A DNA stretch of 64,000 bases from Octopus bimaculoides (Eukaryota): the NCBI RefSeq assembly GCF_001194135.2, contig NC_068992.1, forward strand, positions 56,891,912-56,955,911. Direction: 5' to 3'. Shown here piece after piece: positions 26,011 through 38,847 of this stretch. A model generated the notes under the pieces. The model had not been told where the DNA came from. It worked only from the letters and a program-made list of their open reading frames with translations, and made no database searches. The position numbers were made by a program, and so were the translations under genes. Numbering within the stretch: the first letter of the stretch is position 1; every line of letters starts with the position of its first letter.

Positions 26011-27789
26011 AAGCTCACAAACTCACACACGCACATACATATATTACGTACGTATGTATGCATGTATATGGTTTATGTTTCAGTCCCGCTACGTGTCACC
26101 TTCGGCAAGTGACTTCAACTACAGCCTGCGGCTGACGAAAGCCTTGTGTGTGGATTTGCTAGAAGGAACATCATTCTCTCTGGTGCTGTATCAATTATTA
26201 TCACACCAATTTATTGTGGGTTTTGAATGATTGTTTCATTTCATGTTAAGCCTGATAGGATGAAACTCATCAACAAATTACATCCTAGTCACGACTGTCA
26301 CATTTTATTATTTCAACGACTACAAGATGACGATCTGGCAGATTCTTTAGCATCACCGGACATGCGCAGTGGCATTTCTTTCGGCATTACCTTATTTTCA
26401 GTGTTCCAATTCCGCCGAGATCCACTTTGCATTTCATACTTTGAGGGTCAATGAAATCACCTAGCCACTCTCAGCCGAAGTTTCATTCCTTTGGCGTTTA
26501 TTAGAAAGGGTTATTTCAATGATTACATTCTACAATGTGTCCTTTATACTTTAAGTAGTTTATGATTGAAAGGAAATTTTAATAAATTTTTCTAGTATGC
26601 ATGGTGACTACATAGAAACTACAACATAGTACTGAATACATTCATAGATTTAACCAGCGGTACAGGATAGACAGATGTAATCGCTACAGTATCTTCGTAA
26701 ATAAGAATAGGGGCATCAGCTAATACAGTTTCGGACTTGAATTCCGATTGAATTAGTGAGTAGGCAGAGGTTTCCATGTTAGCTAATCTATCAACTACAG
26801 AGTGGATAGAACACTCTGAGATAACCAATCATTCAATACTTTGAGCAACAAAATTGTATTTATGAGTCTAGTGCAAGGCCAAGAAAATGCTTTTGTGATT
26901 TCCTTGCACTATGAGAGATTTTAGCGTAGTTAACTTTCTTGTAAGCATTGAGGCTGTATCTCAATTTTAGAAATTCCTTCCTTCCTGTCACAAGTATCGG
27001 AGGGCATGTAAAGAATCATGGATACTAACTTCCTTTCAAATTAAAAGATTAAACTATTCAAGAACAGAAATTATGAAATGATATGTTTAAATTCAATTCT
27101 ATTGTTATGAATACAAAGGAACTTAGAATGAGAATGCGAGTAAAAAATATCCCAATATATCTACTTCAGGGAAAATAAAAATAAACTACAATTTTTTTTA
27201 CATTTGTAAGTAAAAGACCTGGTGCAGATTATAAATACTTTTGCACATTGTTACTTTATTCATGAGAATTATATAGAATTATTAAATGTAGTTGTATGCC
27301 TTTAGGGAAATGAAACCTTCATATGTTTTAATCTATTTCAGTTATTTGTATTAATTTGATGTGACTAATATGGACCACCATTAATACGAGACACAAATAA
27401 TTCCAATACCTTCATTTAGAAATTCTATTACTAGTCTTATTATCATCACATATTTTTAAATGTCATTTATTAATAGAGTTGAACCATAACGAAGACGTTT
27501 CTACGTAGCCTTTTAGAGGAAGTATTTCAAGAATTTTCAGTATTTTTTTTTCTCTGGGAATAGTTTTCGTTCATTCCCTGAATAAGTAATAGAAAATAAA
27601 AGCAATCACTACAAAGTAGCAGTAATATGGTTAAATATATCGAGCTTCTAGTGAAGTGAACTAATCGTAGAAAGAATATTAAATGACAAAATACATAGCA
27701 AGCAAGATTTAAAGAATTTGGATAGGAGTTCGATACACTGCATCGAAGTGTGAGACATTATAAATGCGTGTATTTACCATTCATTGTAT

Positions 27790-28002
27790 AGATTTTTCCC
27801 TATACTCCTTTCAGTCATTGGAACGCGGTCGTAGTCTGGCACCACCTCAGACGTACAAATCGATGCCGCTACTTGATATTTTTTAAGTTTGGCACCTATT
27901 ACATTGGTCTCTTTTTTGCCGAACCGCTAAATTACAGGGACGTAAACACACCATCATCGGTTGTCAAGTGATGTTGGGGGACAAACACAGACACAGACAC
28001 AG

Positions 28003-28058
<56 letters not shown>
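27790..28058 (-). mobile_element. SINE family 3 3' half running into (CA)n and a gap
   Basis: GCCGAACCGCTAAATTACAGGGACGTAAACACACC..GGGGGACAAACACAGACAC. Confidence 0.85.
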
Positions 28059-29040
28059 NNNNNNNNNNNNNNNNNNNNNNNNNNNNNNNNNNNNNNNNNN
28101 NNNNNNNNNNNNNNNNNNNNNNNNNNNNNNNNNNNNNNNNNNNNNNNNNNNNNNNNNNNNNNNNNNNNNNNNNNNNNNNNNNNNNNNNNNNNNNNNNNNN
28201 NNNNNNNNNNNNNNNNNNNNNNNNNNNNNNNNNNNNNNNNNNNNNNNNNNNNNNNNNNNNNNNNNNNNNNNNNNNNNNNNNNNNNNNNNNNNNNNNNNNN
28301 NNNNNNNNNNNNNNNNNNNNNNNNNNNNNNNNNNNNNNNNNNNNNNNNNNNNNNNNNNNNNNNNNNNNNNNNNNNNNNNNNNNNNNNNNNNNNNNNNNNN
28401 NNNNNNNNNNNNNNNNNNNNNNNNNNNNNNNNNNNNNNNNNNNNNNNNNNNNNNNNNNNNNNNNNNNNNNNNNNNNNNNNNNNNNNNNNNNNNNNNNNNN
28501 NNNNNNNNNNNNNNNNNNNNNNNNNNNNNNNNNNNNNNNNNNNNNNNNNNNNNNNNNNNNNNNNNNNNNNNNNNNNNNNNNNNNNNNNNNNNNNNNNNNN
28601 NNNNNNNNNNNNNNNNNNNNNNNNNNNNNNNNNNNNNNNNNNNNNNNNNNNNNNNNNNNNNNNNNNNNNNNNNNNNNNNNNNNNNNNNNNNNNNNNNNNN
28701 NNNNNNNNNNNNNNNNNNNNNNNNNNNNNNNNNNNNNNNNNNNNNNNNNNNNNNNNNNNNNNNNNNNNNNNNNNNNNNNNNNNNNNNNNNNNNNNNNNNN
28801 NNNNNNNNNNNNNNNNNNNNNNNNNNNNNNNNNNNNNNNNNNNNNNNNNNNNNNNNNNNNNNNNNNNNNNNNNNNNNNNNNNNNNNNNNNNNNNNNNNNN
28901 NNNNNNNNNNNNNNNNNNNNNNNNNNNNNNNNNNNNNNNNNNNNNNNNNNNNNNNNNNNNNNNNNNNNNNNNNNNNNNNNNNNNNNNNNNNNNNNNNNNN
29001 NNNNATATATATATATATATATACATATATGTATGAATAC

Positions 29041-29075
<35 letters not shown>

Positions 29076-31780
29076 CATATATGCATATACATAAACATGC
29101 ATATATATATATATATACTTGCATGAAGATAGATAATTATCTGTGAAATGTTATTATCATCAGGTAGATGTAATAACATTTCCCAATATAACTGATATTC
29201 ATCTGCCATTTAGATTGACTCCAAAACATACAATTTGGTCTTTGATAGAATTTAAGACTTTGAGCTTTGAAGAATTGTTAGAACGTCAGTAAATTATGTT
29301 GTGTTACGCTTTCTAACTCTTCAATTTCTGTCTTCAAATTCCACTGAAGTTAACTTTAGCTTTCATTTATTTGCGATGCATAAATTAAAGTACCGGTGAG
29401 GTACCGGAGCGGGTCTATAGTATCAACTACTCACACCTCTCTTAAATTTGATAGCCTTCAGCTTGAATAAGAAACAATTTTTTTAATAATATTTTTTATA
29501 TTATCCTAGTATAAATGTCACAATATATATTGTATATTACTCAGTAATTAGAAAGAAGTAAGATATATACATTATCTCTTAAACATTTATATTGAACAAT
29601 CGATTAGTACGATCAAATAATTCAATATTAAGTCTGGTATATACTGTATTGATGTATGAAAATATAGCTTCAAGAAAACAGAGTTTTATGTAAAACGGTA
29701 CATTCATATTAAAAGAGCGCAATTATCTTCTGAAGATATTGAATATTAACGAACTATTGATATATTAACACATATTTTTTCCCAATATATACAAAAATGA
29801 AACGCCTAAACGTGTAAATCTGATGAGGGATAATTGGAGTCATATATCTTACCACTTGCTGTTTTTCCAATGCAAATCGATCTAAAGAAAATAATATCGT
29901 CGGTATTGGAAGAGTTAATAAGGTGCAAGGCATAAAACAATTCATTGGAAATAAAATATATTTTCCTTTAATTTCTTCTTCTTCTTTTTTTTGTCTTTGG
30001 CTATTTAACTCTACTTTTTCAATTTCTCAGATAGTTTCAGATTTTCATCGGCAATTCTATACCATTGATTTCAAGCGCAAATAATCTTCTGTTGTTTTCT
30101 CTGCAGCACATTTTAAATCATTTTCCAAGCAAAACAAAACTATGATTAGATTTGCTAAAATCTCATTATCTCTTCTTTGGTAGGCTAGAGCATGTTTTCT
30201 ATTGGTGATATTAGTGCCAGTGGTTGTGGTGATGGTATAAGTGGTGGTGTGACAGTGGTGGTGGTGGTAGTGATAGTGGGTATGATGAGTTGAGGATTTA
30301 TTTTCTCATTTGATACTATTGTTCACATTGTTATGCTGAATTCAGTTTCTCATTCGATACGATGTTTTTATTGCGGTAAAAGATGCATTCCATGCTGCAA
30401 GTTGTCCGGAGCAACAGACAAAAAGAAAAAAGGAAGAAAAATGAAAGATAGAAAAAGGAGAGAAAACTATTTTCCTGAAAGAGACAGTTACTCTTTGTTA
30501 AGCTTTTCGCATCCCCTAGGCTTGCTAGATCGTATCACTGTCACATAAAACCACTGGCTCATTCTATCTTCCTCCAGATTTTTACCATATTCCCCATTAA
30601 TCAGCCTCTATAACATAACCAATCTCCTTCTGGCTTCCCCGCTCTCTCTCTCTCTCCTTCTTTGACCTTTGCTTTCCTTCATTGCTATCCGAATTCTCTC
30701 ATTTTACTCATTCACTTCATAACTCTTACTTAACTAAAAACTTCAAAACAGGCATCAATTTTTTTTTGTCTTCCTCACGTGACGGAAGACAATTTCCCGA
30801 AATGCCACAGTCCTCAAAATTGATGGCAAATGAACTTAGTGTATGTTTTTACAAAACTTCCCCATGGAATAATTATTATAGACACAAACATTCTCAATTT
30901 CCTCTGATTTTGGATTAATTGAATCTCAAACGTATCATTTTCTTTCAGCAAGTAGGGAAAGACATCGTCACTAGGCAGTGTGGAATTAACAAACAGTTGA
31001 TTGTTGTTTGTAAAACAGTATATTTTATTACACAAACTAGTGCACTAGGGATTTTTTTCACAAACGTTGTTGTGTTCGTTGTAGTTGCTGTTGTTGTTAT
31101 CGTTGTTGTTGTTGTTGCTGTTGTTGTTGCCTTTATGATAAACACTGTCATATGATATCAACCGTTATTGAATAAAAAAAAGAACAGTCATCAGTGAAAT
31201 GTGTGGAGATATTTTGATAATGTCAGAATGTCAGCAGGATGAAAAATATATGAAAATTACTGAAGCAGAACAGTGGGTGCATTTTTAATTGCATTTTTAT
31301 ATTTGATTAATGTGCCGTAAAACACACCAGAGAAAATTGAATACACACATTTTCATCAATCAATAACTAACGTCAAGATTAGCGGAAAAAAGCAATACCA
31401 GCACCTGATTAATTTTAGATGTATTAATTAAATATAAATTTTATTGAAATGTCGATTCATCTCAGTTTATTATAGTAACATTAGTACTAACTTAGTATTA
31501 ACATTTTATACTTTCTTAAAGATCGAAGATGTACGGAGTATGTCAATGATAATTTCAATAAGCAAGGCCGAAAATGTATGCAATACACTTTGAAAATCAT
31601 CATGTATATTGCTATTCTTATTAAAATCCACGACAATAAGAACTCAAAAGAAGTAAATATATCATGGTATTAATAGAAATATATTTATTTCCTTATATAA
31701 TAACATTGCTAATATCTAAAATAGTATGATGTTATATTACATTACACCATGCAACTCGGGTGCAAATAAGTTGTCACTCG

Positions 31781-32560
31781 TCACAATTTAGACAACACCA
31801 TTAACCGTTTTTCTTTTATCTTTCTTCCAACCTGACTTGTGTCATGTAGTTTGTAGAAAGAAAAACTTAGAAATATTTTCTGACCACATATCTCTATATG
31901 TTCGCTCAATGGAATTTTGCGAACATTGGATGTCCCACATTTGTGGTCTGTTGAGTCGTGAGCATTCCGATAATGCATTCTTCGTCTCGTCTACCGTCTA
32001 TACATAATTCCTTGTAATTCGGGCATTTAATGCAGTAGATCAATCTTCTATTTTTGCAGTTCCTATCTGAATTTGCGAAAATCTGTCCACTTTTTGTTCT
32101 AATGGATCTACCATTTGCATTTATTGACACGTTCCACATCTGTTATCGCTACACTTGAATACTGTGAATGTTTTAACCTGTTTGGTCAATGTTAAATCTT
32201 GTCCTTTGTTAATAGTTTCTTTAGGTTATGTTGTTGCCTTTTGCTTAAGATAAGTGCTTCATTAGTTATTAAGTCTTTTTAATTTTTGACTTTGTTTTAT
32301 GATTGGCAAATTTGATTTGATGATGTTAAAAATTATTTTGGTGATACGGATTGTGTTTTACTAGAAATGGTAATGTGTTACTTTGATGGGTTCGTCTTTT
32401 TCGTGTTGCACTAAATTGTTCTGCAGGTATCTCTTCTGCTTGTTGTATGCTATTTTCTCTAAGTAGGAGAGGGTAATTTTGCTTGAGCAGAAATACTTTG
32501 AATTCTATAAGTCGTATGTTTCTGGTTTCTTGGATCATTCACTATAGTACAAATTTTCAC
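31781..32560 (-). mobile_element. Penelope-like element fragment (RT thumb + GIY-YIG endonuclease)
   Basis: Frameshifted peptides LLKQNYPLLL..LPFLVKHNP, NCKNRRLIYCIKCPN and RKIPLSEHIEICG..FYKL..RKIKEK. Confidence 0.85.
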
Positions 32561-32737
32561 TATAGTACAAATTTGTTTGTCGCCCAGCATGGCCGCAGTC
32601 ACGTGACTGAAACGTCCCTGTTTTGGGATAATTCTAAAGTTGCCACAATCAATGCAAATTAGCATGATTTAGATTTGCCTTGTCTAAGCATATTGATTTG
32701 TTGTTTAGGACAAATGATATTCTTTAAAGACATGTTT

Positions 32738-32975
32738 TTTAAATTTTTTTTTTACTGCCCACAAGGGGCTACACACAGAGGGAACAAACAAGGACGGACA
32801 AACCCATTAAGTCGATTATATCGACCCCAGTGCGTAACTGGTACTAATTTGATCGACCCCGAAAGGATGAAAGGCAAAGTCGACTTCGGCGGAATTTGAA
32901 CTCAGAACGTAGCGGCAGACGAAATACCGCTAAGCATTTCGCCCGGCGTGCTAACGTTTCTGCCAGCTCGCCGCA
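32738..32975 (-). mobile_element. Young SINE family 2 monomer, tail A, with 15-bp TSD
   Basis: TTTAAAGACATGTTT at 32723-37 and 32976-90, A-rich tail, intact A and B boxes. Confidence 0.92.
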
Positions 32976-33778
32976 TTTAAAGACATGTTTAATAAATAGA
33001 ACGCAGTTGGTGACTCATTTATGCATTTACTACCCTGTTTAAGCACATATTATATCAAGAGAGGTAATGAATCTTTTCCACAAGTGGTCATAGCGTAAAA
33101 TATATATTTGTAAAAAGCAAAACCGACGCAGAACCAAAATTGATGCCAAAACAAATGGGTAAATGAATTAAATTTATTACGACGAAAATAATAACTTACG
33201 TTCTTAACCAAATTTGAGCTGATGCAAGTATATGCAAATATATATGCTAAGATGTTTGGAGGAAAATCCACATTCTACTCTTAGGTTACGAACGGTCAGA
33301 GCTCTCTCTATGTATATAATATAATATACATAATTATGTAAAACTTGCTGCTTCTGTACATATCAGCAGGATACAATTACTGAGTGTCGAAAGTGGTTTC
33401 CAAAACAGCAACTTTGCTTGTCACTGAAAAGTACCTATGAAATGGCCCATAGTTGTATTGAAATCACTGCTATATATACTTTGATGAGAGGAAATCAGTG
33501 CTGTCTCTGTTATAAATTGATATTATAATGATAATGCCAATTAATTAAAACCACCTGTGTCGATTTTAGCGAGTCGTCCCCAACAGACACACACAAAAAA
33601 TGCAAAATATTTACAAACAACGATACACTGCACATACACGTAAACTTGTATGTTATGTATGTGTGTCTTGTAAAGTACATACTAATGGAATTAGGTATAG
33701 TATAATATTCATTATTAATTTAAAATATAGCTTGCTCTCAGGCATACCGTCTTCATCAGCTCTTGACTCGATATACAT

Positions 33779-33828
<50 letters not shown>

Positions 33829-34152
33829 NNNNNNNNNNNNNNNNNNNNNNNNNNNNNNNNNNNNNNNNNNNNNNNNNNNNNNNNNNNNNNNNNNNNNNNN
33901 NNNNNNNNNNNNNNNNNNNNNNNNNNNNNNNNNNNNNNNNNNNNNNNNNNNNNNNNNNNNNNNNNNNNNNNNNNNNNNNNNNNNNNNNNNNNNNNNNNNN
34001 NNNNNNNNNNNNNNNNNNNNNNNNNNNNNNNNNNNNNNNNNNNNNNNNNNNNNNNNNNNNNNNNNNNNNNNNNNNNNNNNNNNNNNNNNNNNNNNNNNNN
34101 NNNNNNNNNNNNNNNNNNNNNNNNNNNNNNNNNNNNNNNNNNNNNNNNNNNN

Positions 34153-34455
34153 GTGTTTCTTGAGCGAAAACTCCTAAAGCTCCACGAGGCTCCGGCAGCA
34201 GATGGTGGCGAACCCTGCTGTACTCTTTCAGCACAACTTTCTCTCTCACTCTTACTTCCTGTTTCTGTTGTTCCTGTAATTCAAAGGATCAGCCTTGTCA
34301 CACTGAGTCACGCTGAATATCCCCGAGAACTACGTTAAGGGTACACGTGTCTGTGGAGTGCTCAGCCACTTGCACGTTAATTTCACGAGCATGTTAATTT
34401 CCAGTTGAACACATCAACTGGAACCCTCGACGGCGGAAGCGACGGAGTGCCAACA
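34153..34455 (+). mobile_element. SINE family 1 copy, 5' end hidden in gap
   Basis: Collinear with 12830-13130. Confidence 0.88.
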
Positions 34456-36070
34456 GTGTATAAATGAAATAACAGCGATATTGAATCTATACAGTGGGCG
34501 ATGCATATCGGCTCTGTTAAACTACATGTTTAAATGTTATCGCAGAATATAATGGTACCATACCATTTTTGTTATGAACTCAAATTTCACAGTGATTAGG
34601 CTTGATTCTCGTGCGGGAGACGTGCGACGAGGAAGATAAAATGCCAATCAATAATTTACCGACGGTGAATCTATCGATTTGTACAGGTTTCCTACAACAT
34701 AGACATCTGCGTGATTCTCGAACTGGTGGAGGAGTCGATATTGGTTTGAATGAATTTTCAAATAGGAAGCATATGCATATTATTTTCCTGTATCATCTCA
34801 GATTCTTTTCTTTTTATATCAGCATCTTTAGTGTTTATTTTGTCTCTCATATAGTTTTTCTTCACGTTTGTTTCTGATTATACTTTATTCCAAGTGAACA
34901 ATGATTGTGAATAACAATAATCATTAATACACCGGTCAAGATCCGGCGTTCTTTTCTTTCAACCTTTCAAAAGCTTTGGTTCACTATACACGTGCAAATT
35001 TCCCTACTGGACACAACATCAGCGTTTCACACTGGGATCACGGATTTCTGACTAGTAAGATATACAATCTCATCCAAGCAACCCAACCCTAATTGATCAG
35101 GCTTAGGCTGTGCCAATAAGCTGTCTACAGGCTCCACTCACCCTTTTCAACCTGAGCTTTCTCGATGTTCTCTCAGCTGTCTTCACGTTGTTTTTAACGT
35201 CCATGTTTTTAGCTCATAACTCCGTCAAATGTAAATAATGTAAATAATGTAAATAATGGTTGTTACATTTGGCAGTGCAGTTGGTCTAGAGTCTCTGTGC
35301 TTTTGCTTGGGGCTTTCTGTGAGCGTAGACAGCGGGGGCAATTGTAGAAAACAGTTCTCCTAAGGTCTCTTTAGGGTTTATATATTCATATGATGTGAAC
35401 GACACTTAACATTGTTTCATTTAAGTTTACTCTATTCTCAGTTGTTCTATTTATCTATACTCCTAATGCAGAATTCTGTTTAGCTTTCAACAGGATTTAA
35501 CGGCTTTACTTCATTCAGCATATTTTGCCGTCTCTCCACCTTTCCAATACAGTGACTTCTAGTATTTAGCCCTGTAAATAAATAGCTAAGTATTAAGCAT
35601 TTATTCTTTCCTTTTCACACAATTATTCATAATATAATCTGTATTTCTATCGCTCGCTTCTGACTCTGTCTTTGATTTACTGAATCTATTTTAATTTTGC
35701 TTTATTCCATTCTCAACTCAGCGTCCTTTCAACATTACTATCTTAAATAAATAATTAAGTACCTACTTTAGATTCTTCCATTAATTTAGCTTTTTGCTAT
35801 ATAATTCCTTGAGGGCCACCCACACCTATTAACCTTATATTTCTTATGCGTTAGCATGTCGGATTTTAAGATCATCAGGAAGAATTCTGATTATCCTCAG
35901 TATCATCCCTCCCCCATCACCCTTGTGTTTATCGGTTGTGTAAGTTATACTTCCACTACCACTCCCAACGTGATCTTCATTCTGTTATCATCGTATTCTA
36001 CCTACTTTCGTTGCTATCACTAAAACTACTACTACTACTACTATCATAATCATCATTGGCAGAATTGGTA

Positions 36071-36120
36071 GAGAACCTGATGAAGGCTTGAGGGTATATC
36101 AGCCGAAACGTTGTGTTAAC
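36071..36120 (+). ncRNA. Candidate minimal type I hammerhead ribozyme, stem I eroded
   Basis: CUGAUGA (36077-83), A, GGCU(U)GA/UCAGCC stem II, GAAA-C-GUU, then GUGUU pairing 4 of 5 with upstream AGAAC. Confidence 0.5.
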
Positions 36121-37529
36121 AACAAACAAGATGAGGACAAATATCCGTCAAATGCAAATAGTGTAAATAACGTACACAATTCCTCATCTCTTAAGTATAG
36201 AACTGTAAATGTAACAAATATTCTTATTTAGTATCTAATACTTACGCGCATGCGTGTGTGTGTGTGTATGTGTGCGTGTGTGTGTGTGTTGCGCACGCGC
36301 GTCCCTGTGTTTAAGGGTAGAATTGTCCACTGGTTAAGAATTTTGCTTCCTTCCGATACCAACACTCGACTCCGAGGATGCAACAGCTAAAGTGAAGGTA
36401 GCGCTAGTACTCAGCGTGTACTCATTTTCTTCCGAGAACACTAGAGCAACGATAAGACATGAGCCTTTCACATGAACACAACGCAGCAGAGAGTGTAGAA
36501 ATTGAAACCGCAATCCTATGAACAAGAGACCGATATCCTAAAGCCTACACCACTTGCTATCACATACCTTCACATCCATACACACGCGTGTGCCTTCGTG
36601 TGAGCACAAGATTGTACATTGTGCGAAACAGTGATTTATATTAGTAATACAAAATGCTAAAATAAACAAATATATAAATATGGCTTGACATTTTTCTAAC
36701 CTGTCCTTAACAGTGGGAGCTAAACAAACTAAAGTAGTAAGAGAACTTTTGAGAGTGATTCCGATTTTCCTCCTCTAGGAGAACGAAAATACGAATAAGT
36801 GACATTAACAATGAAGAAATATTTATTCTGTGACTCTAATCTAGTGTCTCTGTAGGAAACATATAGTCTGGATATGCTATAAATTTATATCAAAACACAT
36901 TTTCTATCTAACATGTCCTTTGAGTTGAATCGATATTACTTTAAGCAAACAGCAGTCAGGTAATAATTACTGTATCGTTCTTAAAGCATGATTTACTCCA
37001 ATCTGTAATTTCTGTAAACATCATTATTCTACATTCAAGGTCATATTGTGTGCCCGAATATATTGTAAACGATTAATGTTGTGAAAAACATTGAGAACTA
37101 TCTTTCAGTAGGCCCAATAACAAACGTCTGAAATTTATAGAACATCGGAATAAACGAAGCCTTTTCAAATAATAGCAATTCTTCTGCTGAATTTGTTATG
37201 TGTTTTAGGTTTAAATATTTATGTTATCCGTGTATCTTCCACCGACATGTCAAACGCTATTATTCAGCCTGCCGTCATATATTATTCACTACAACGACGA
37301 TGACGACGACCTTCTGTTTGTGTGATTTCATAGGCAAAGTAGCATTTGTGGTAGTTTTTTTTTTTATGAATCGATTTCTTATGATGAAATGTCGAATGTA
37401 CTATGTCTAAACACAAAGAATTGCTAAATACAAATGCCAAGCTTTGTTTGGTTTGCAAACTCTTAAAGGTACTTGAATAATATACATAAGCAATGAGACG
37501 TACGATAGGACAAAACTCTAGGTTTCTGA

Positions 37530-37945
37530 TGTGTTATCTGAAACACTTTGACAAATAAGTAGTGAATGCTCAAAATTGGTCCATGAATACAGAAAATGCC
37601 TCAATAAAGGAGCACAAAAGGTACACAGCGATATGTGCAGGAATTACGGGCTGGAATGTACCGATACTTAGTACGAGTACTAACCAGCGGCTGTTGCAAA
37701 GAATGATGAATTTGAAATCACGTGCAATATGACAATCTATGTAGATAAGAAGCTACAACATGATCGACCAGATTTCACTCCCCTCTGGAGAATAGATCTT
37801 CAATGAAATAGCGGTAATAAAAGATCTGAACATTTTGAAGACAGCTTAATAAGAAAGCTGAAAGTTATCGAGATATTCCCATTGAGAGAAATATATTTAT
37901 AGAATCGCAACAGTGACTATGATGCCCATCGTGATTGGTGAACTA
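37530..37945 (+). mobile_element. RLE-type non-LTR retrotransposon 3' fragment
   Basis: ETL*QISSECSKL..VHSDMCRNYGLE..KNDEFEI..QHDRPD..YRDIPIE..PIVIGELG, with stops and frameshifts. Confidence 0.85.
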
Positions 37946-38274
37946 GGAATCAAAGCCTGGCGTGAGAATTAAGAACTCTCGGACTTCAATGGAAAGTACA
38001 AATTTGGTGTACAATGGAAATGGGATGGTAATATTCAATGCTGAAGATGTGTGAGTATATATGTGTATGTGTTCATGTACAAGAGAACTATGTGAAACTT
38101 TACATATACATGTAAAGAATATATAAAAACTAAACCAGAATCCTTGTCTGGTACCGGATCGATCCCAAAATCTAATCAGTTCGAGCCAGTTACGAAACAT
38201 CCCTGAAAGTTTCATCCGAATCATCCAGCGGCTCTTGAGATATCTTTCCACGGACAACCAAACAGACACGACTG

Positions 38275-38298
38275 AAAACAACAACAACAATAATGATG

Positions 38299-38397
<99 letters not shown>

Positions 38398-38408
38398 ATA
38401 ATAATAAT
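38275..38408. repeat. (AAC)(AAT)(AGT)(AAT) compound trinucleotide tract
   Basis: Direct reading. A second (AAT)n lies at 38763-38848. Confidence 0.95.
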
Positions 38409-38545
38409 CCCTTAAAATTTGAAATAGGAAGAATCTGGACAGGAGAAGAGTAAATGTCTTGCTTACAGTAATTGGTGCGTTGGGAACAGTAAGAGAAGAT
38501 ATAGACAAATGGCTGAGGATGATTGAAATAGTTTATCTCTTAGAG
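38408..38545 (+). mobile_element. Short RLE-type LINE 3' fragment
   Basis: LKFEIGRIW / VNVLLTVIGALGTVREDIDKWL, beginning immediately after an (AAT)n tract. Confidence 0.7.
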
Positions 38546-38779
38546 TGGGTTCTCAGCACTTGATGCCTAAAAACCGGAAAAGTAATTCAGAATATTTGTC
38601 CGGTGCCGGATCGATCCCAAAATCTACTCAATTCGTGCCAGTCACCAGGCCAAACATCCCTGAAAGTTTCATCCCAATCCATCCAGTGGTTCTTCAGATA
38701 TCTTGTCCACGGACAAACAAACACGACTGAAGACAACACCTCCGCCTTCGCCAGGGCGGAAGTAATAATAATAATAATG

Positions 38780-38847
<68 letters not shown>

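Larger units (their letters stand above)
38139..38765 (+). mobile_element. Two copies (38139-38280, 38590-38765) of an unclassified non-autonomous repeat, possibly Helitron/Helentron-type
   Basis: Shared CCGGATCGATCCCAAAATCTA..CATCCCTGAAAGTTTCATCC..ACACGACTGAA. Copy 2 ends in a CCGCC/GGCGG hairpin. Both copies are followed by trinucleotide tracts. Confidence 0.55.

Noticed and set aside
27932-29209. Longest ORFs in the track (377-425 aa), and similar ones at 10.3, 33.6, 43, 50, 51.6, 53.7 and 56 kb
   Set aside because: They run through N gaps and dinucleotide repeats, so they are artefacts.
33735-33765. Minus-strand CUGAUGA followed by a short GGUAUGCC stem
   Set aside because: There is no GAAA or NUH in register.
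36245-36254. NRF1-like CGCGCATGCG
   Set aside because: It sits at the edge of a (GT/GC)n tract that generates such words by chance.
38221-38508. Poly-Tyr / poly-Asn-Ser ORFs
   Set aside because: Translations of trinucleotide microsatellites.
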